NCBI GenBank assembly: GCA_963674735.2
Contig: CAXXQS010000002.1
Location: forward strand, 160,001 to 224,000
Origin: Myxococcota bacterium
GTDB taxonomy: Bacteria > Myxococcota_A > SURF-8
Direction of reading: 5' to 3'
Length of the DNA stretch: 64,000 nt
Shown: positions 61,411-64,000 of the stretch, piece after piece
Layout of the letters: each line of letters begins with the position of its first letter
How positions within the stretch are numbered: position 1 is the stretch's first letter
Made by a program: the position numbers and the translations under genes
The notes under the pieces: model-generated
Seen by the model: only the letters and a program-made list of their open reading frames with translations
Database searches by the model: none
Told to the model about the DNA's origin: nothing

Positions 61411-62154
61411 TCAGAAGGACACCCGGCCCTGCATAACAAACACACCGATATCCAGGGCCACCGCACTGACGGCGTGCAGGATCCAGCCGTATAACATGCT
61501 GCGTGTCCGTAACGCCAAGGCTCCCAAAATCAACCCGGCGGCCACCGATGCCAGGGTTTCCGGAAGTGGTTTGCCGATGTGCAACAAGGCGAAAGGCACC
61601 ATCTGGATCAGGATGGCCCAGTTTTTCAGCGTCGGATAAAGGGCGAAGAGCAGAAAACCCCGGTACACGAATTCCCAGGCGAAGAAATAGGCGATATACG
61701 CGGCTTCGTACACCAGAAAGAGCGTGAGGCTGTTGAGGGCGGCTTTGTTGAGCGGATAATGCGCGCGAAAGGCTTCCGTCTGCAAGATGACGACGATCAC
61801 CGGCAGCATGACACCGACGAACAAGGCGAGTATTTTCAGTCCCTTGCGCCAATCCCCCAGCCCCAGCCCGAAGTCGCGAAAGCGGCGGCGGAAGACGAGC
61901 AGCATTCCCAGCGGCAGCACGGCGTAAAAGAAAAACGACGACCCGAACCAGTAGAGGTGTCGGCTCAAGCCGTGCCAATCACCGGCCTCCCGGCCGATCC
62001 AGTTGAGATGGTGTTTGTAGTAACCCGGCTGGCCGTATTGCTCGGCGAAAATGATCAGAACCGTTACCAGCAGCAAGGCGAATACGGGAAAGAAGGTGAG
62101 TCCGCTCGTGTAGTCGCGCCACCAATCCACTATCCCCCGCCAGATCATCCGCAT
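61411..62154 (-). CDS. CPBP (Abi/CAAX) intramembrane glutamic protease
   Basis: WEFVYRG, FALLH, LHA..ALD; multiple TM helices. Confidence 0.88.
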   Translation of the reverse strand: MRMIWRGIVDWWRDYTSGLTFFPVFALLLVTVLIIFAEQYGQPGYYKHHLNWIGREAGDWHGLSRHLYWFGSSFFFYAVLPLGMLLVFRRRFRDFGLGLGDWRKGLKILALFVGVMLPVIVVILQTEAFRAHYPLNKAALNSLTLFLVYEAAYIAYFFAWEFVYRGFLLFALYPTLKNWAILIQMVPFALLHIGKPLPETLASVAAGLILGALALRTRSMLYGWILHAVSAVALDIGVFVMQGRVSF

Positions 62155-62281
62155 CGCACACCCCTTCACGATGGATACTCATTTATTCCGTTACGTAGGC
62201 TATCATAACCGCTTTTCACGGCAACGCAACCGTAGGGCGTTTCAATTCTGATTGAGTCTCGAATTATCTTCGATTGGTGAT

Positions 62282-62357
62282 GGGTGGCACGGGCTAAACC
62301 GTCAGGTTTGCCCGTGAAAACAGCATGGGCAAGCCAAAGGCTTGGCCCATGGCACCC
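62282..62357. repeat. Inverted REP-like doublet
   Basis: GGGTGG-CACGGGC..GCCCGTG and, inverted, GGGTGC-CATGGGC..GCCCATG, each with an internal hairpin, 7 bp apart. Confidence 0.7.
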
Positions 62358-62499
62358 CGTAAGCCGAATTATAGTGGGTGGAAAATGGTGAAAAGCTTAG
62401 AATTGAAACGCCGTGAACGCAACCGGCAATCGCTTGCAGCCGTTGCGCTTTTCTGCTACGAACAATCCCAGCCTCGTTTGTCGAGGAGCGGGAGATTGC

Positions 62500-63045
62500 A
62501 TGGGATGGATCGAACTCATTTTGCTGGCCCTGGCTTTGGCCGCCGATGCCTTTTCGGTGGGCGTGGTGGTGGGACTGAGCCACCAGACGCCGCGTCAGCG
62601 TTTCCGCCTCTCTTGGCACTTCGGACTCTTCCAGGCCCTGTTGCCGCTTGCGGGCGCACTCCTCGGACACCTGCTGGCCGATGTAATCGGACACTGGGAC
62701 CGCGTCATCGCCTGCATCATCCTGGTTCTGATCGGGTCCAAGATGATCCGCGATGCCTGGTGCGGACACGACGACGACGAAACCTGCCACGATCCCACCC
62801 GCGGGCTGAGCCTCATCGGCCTGTCGTTGGCGGTTAGCATCGACGCCTTCGGGGCGGGCATCACCCTGATTACCAGCCGCATTCCGCTCTGGGAAGCGGT
62901 GCTGCTCATCGGCTTTACCGCCGGAATCGCGACGCTGGTCGCCATGCAGGCAGCGGCGCGTCTCTCGCGCATCCTGGGGGGCAAAGCGGAACTGCTCGGG
63001 GGCTGCGTCCTGATCGGCATCGGCCTTAACCTGCTACTCGGCTAA
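62500..63045 (+). CDS. mntP: Manganese efflux pump MntP family
   Basis: ALAADAFSV..FGLFQ..SIDAFGAG..AELLGG. Confidence 0.9.
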   Translation: MGWIELILLALALAADAFSVGVVVGLSHQTPRQRFRLSWHFGLFQALLPLAGALLGHLLADVIGHWDRVIACIILVLIGSKMIRDAWCGHDDDETCHDPTRGLSLIGLSLAVSIDAFGAGITLITSRIPLWEAVLLIGFTAGIATLVAMQAAARLSRILGGKAELLGGCVLIGIGLNLLLG

Positions 63046-63135
63046 AGAACCGTTAATTTGCGAAAAGCGATTGCATTCCGGCCAAATATTCTGTATTTTC
63101 AGAAAACTTTGAAACATCTGTCCGGCAGGAGTTCC

Positions 63136-64000
63136 ATGCAGCATCGTACCCGCGCCTATTCGTTCCGTATGCTCTCAACCGCCTGCGCTCGTCTGGCGAT
63201 TTTCGTCTGGCTGACGGTGTTGCTGCTCGCGCTGGCCGCCTGCGGTGGCGACGATAGCAGCACCGATCCCTGGGACAACGGGGACGCCGACACTCCGCTC
63301 GACGGCGATTCGGATACGGACGGCGATCGCGAGATGGAGGCCTCCGACGGCGGCCAGGACTACAGCCCCGAAACGCTCAGCGGCCTGTGGGCCACCAAAT
63401 ACGCCTCCGCCTATACCGTCGTGCTGCCGGTCTTCAACCAGAAAGTGCAGATGATCCTCACCGCCGTCACGCGCAACCAGGCCGAGGTTGTCGACCGCGA
63501 CATGAGCTTCACGGAGGAGGTCTGCGACTTTTCGATCTCGATCGTGGAGGATATCGACTTCCACGTCACCTTCCCCCAGGACTCCGTGGACGCCATTCCC
63601 ACCGAACAGCGCCGGGGCGTCTTCGATGAACTCGCCGCCGGCAGCGCGTTTACCGTGGATCAGACCCTGGACATCTACGGCCTCGCCGCCGACAGCTTGG
63701 ATGACCCCATTCACGATCCCCTGCCCACCGAGGACGACGATCCGGCGGTGGTGGACTTCGAAAGCGACGGCAACCCGGGTGTCACCGCCCGCATCAGCGG
63801 CATCGTCCAGGGCGAGGTGTACGTGCTGTTCCGCCTGCTGCGCGACACGCTGGGCCAGGTGGTGAGCGACCGCCTGATCGAAGGCCAGGTGGACGGCACC
63901 GTGGAAATGGTCACCATCGGCTCCAACAGCCCCGTACTGTTTTTGCAGCTCGACCTCAAACCCCACCCGTTACCGGAACTCAACCGCTTCGAGTTCATCC
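63136..64000 (+). CDS. Lipoprotein with DGD stalk (runs off the window; not in the ORF track)
   Basis: AGGAG RBS, ATG 63136; ..LLLALAA-CGGDDSSTDPWDNGDADTPLDGDSDTDGDREME..LSGLWA..LPTEDDDPAVVDFESDGNPGVT; open to the window end. Confidence 0.85.
   Translation, partial: MQHRTRAYSFRMLSTACARLAIFVWLTVLLLALAACGGDDSSTDPWDNGDADTPLDGDSDTDGDREMEASDGGQDYSPETLSGLWATKYASAYTVVLPVFNQKVQMILTAVTRNQAEVVDRDMSFTEEVCDFSISIVEDIDFHVTFPQDSVDAIPTEQRRGVFDELAAGSAFTVDQTLDIYGLAADSLDDPIHDPLPTEDDDPAVVDFESDGNPGVTARISGIVQGEVYVLFRLLRDTLGQVVSDRLIEGQVDGTVEMVTIGSNSPVLFLQLDLKPHPLPELNRFEFI

Noticed and set aside
62170-62499. yybP-ykoY Mn riboswitch before mntP
   Set aside because: The conserved GGGGAGUA-type motif is not visible; the hairpins are better explained as REP-like units.

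Overview
Bacterial DNA, probably from a Myxococcota/deltaproteobacterium-like organism (inferred from gene content only). (1) 1-20099 looks like the right part of a genomic island integrated at tRNA-Ala(CGC). It ends in a 49-bp tRNA 3' fragment preceded by arm-type and IHF-like sites. It carries an orphan restriction-modification controller (C) gene with a C-box and large secreted or lipoprotein cargo genes (HEXXH peptidase, FGE domain, degenerate phosphoesterase, a 2783-aa Cys-rich mosaic). A family of degenerate direct repeats with a cryptic HTH frame and a dnaE-like scrap separates these genes. (2) 20100-29956 is a variable zone between that att site and an intact tRNA-Leu(CAA): a C10-peptidase lipoprotein, a type IIG RM remnant, a multi-PAS hybrid kinase, TetR and a hydrolase. 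(3) 30-64 kb is GC-richer and more core-like: an amidohydrolase lipoprotein, a six-gene synthase-type exopolysaccharide operon (GT2, beta-helix protein, deacetylase, glycosidase-like lipoprotein, YaiO barrel), an arylsulfotransferase, yhaM, gap-pgk-tpiA, a three-gene secreted-protein operon of unknown function, an ATPase-only Rho, mntP and others. Nine lipoproteins share an acidic Asp-Gly-Asp (DGD) stalk. All calls are by eye from motifs; no searches were run.
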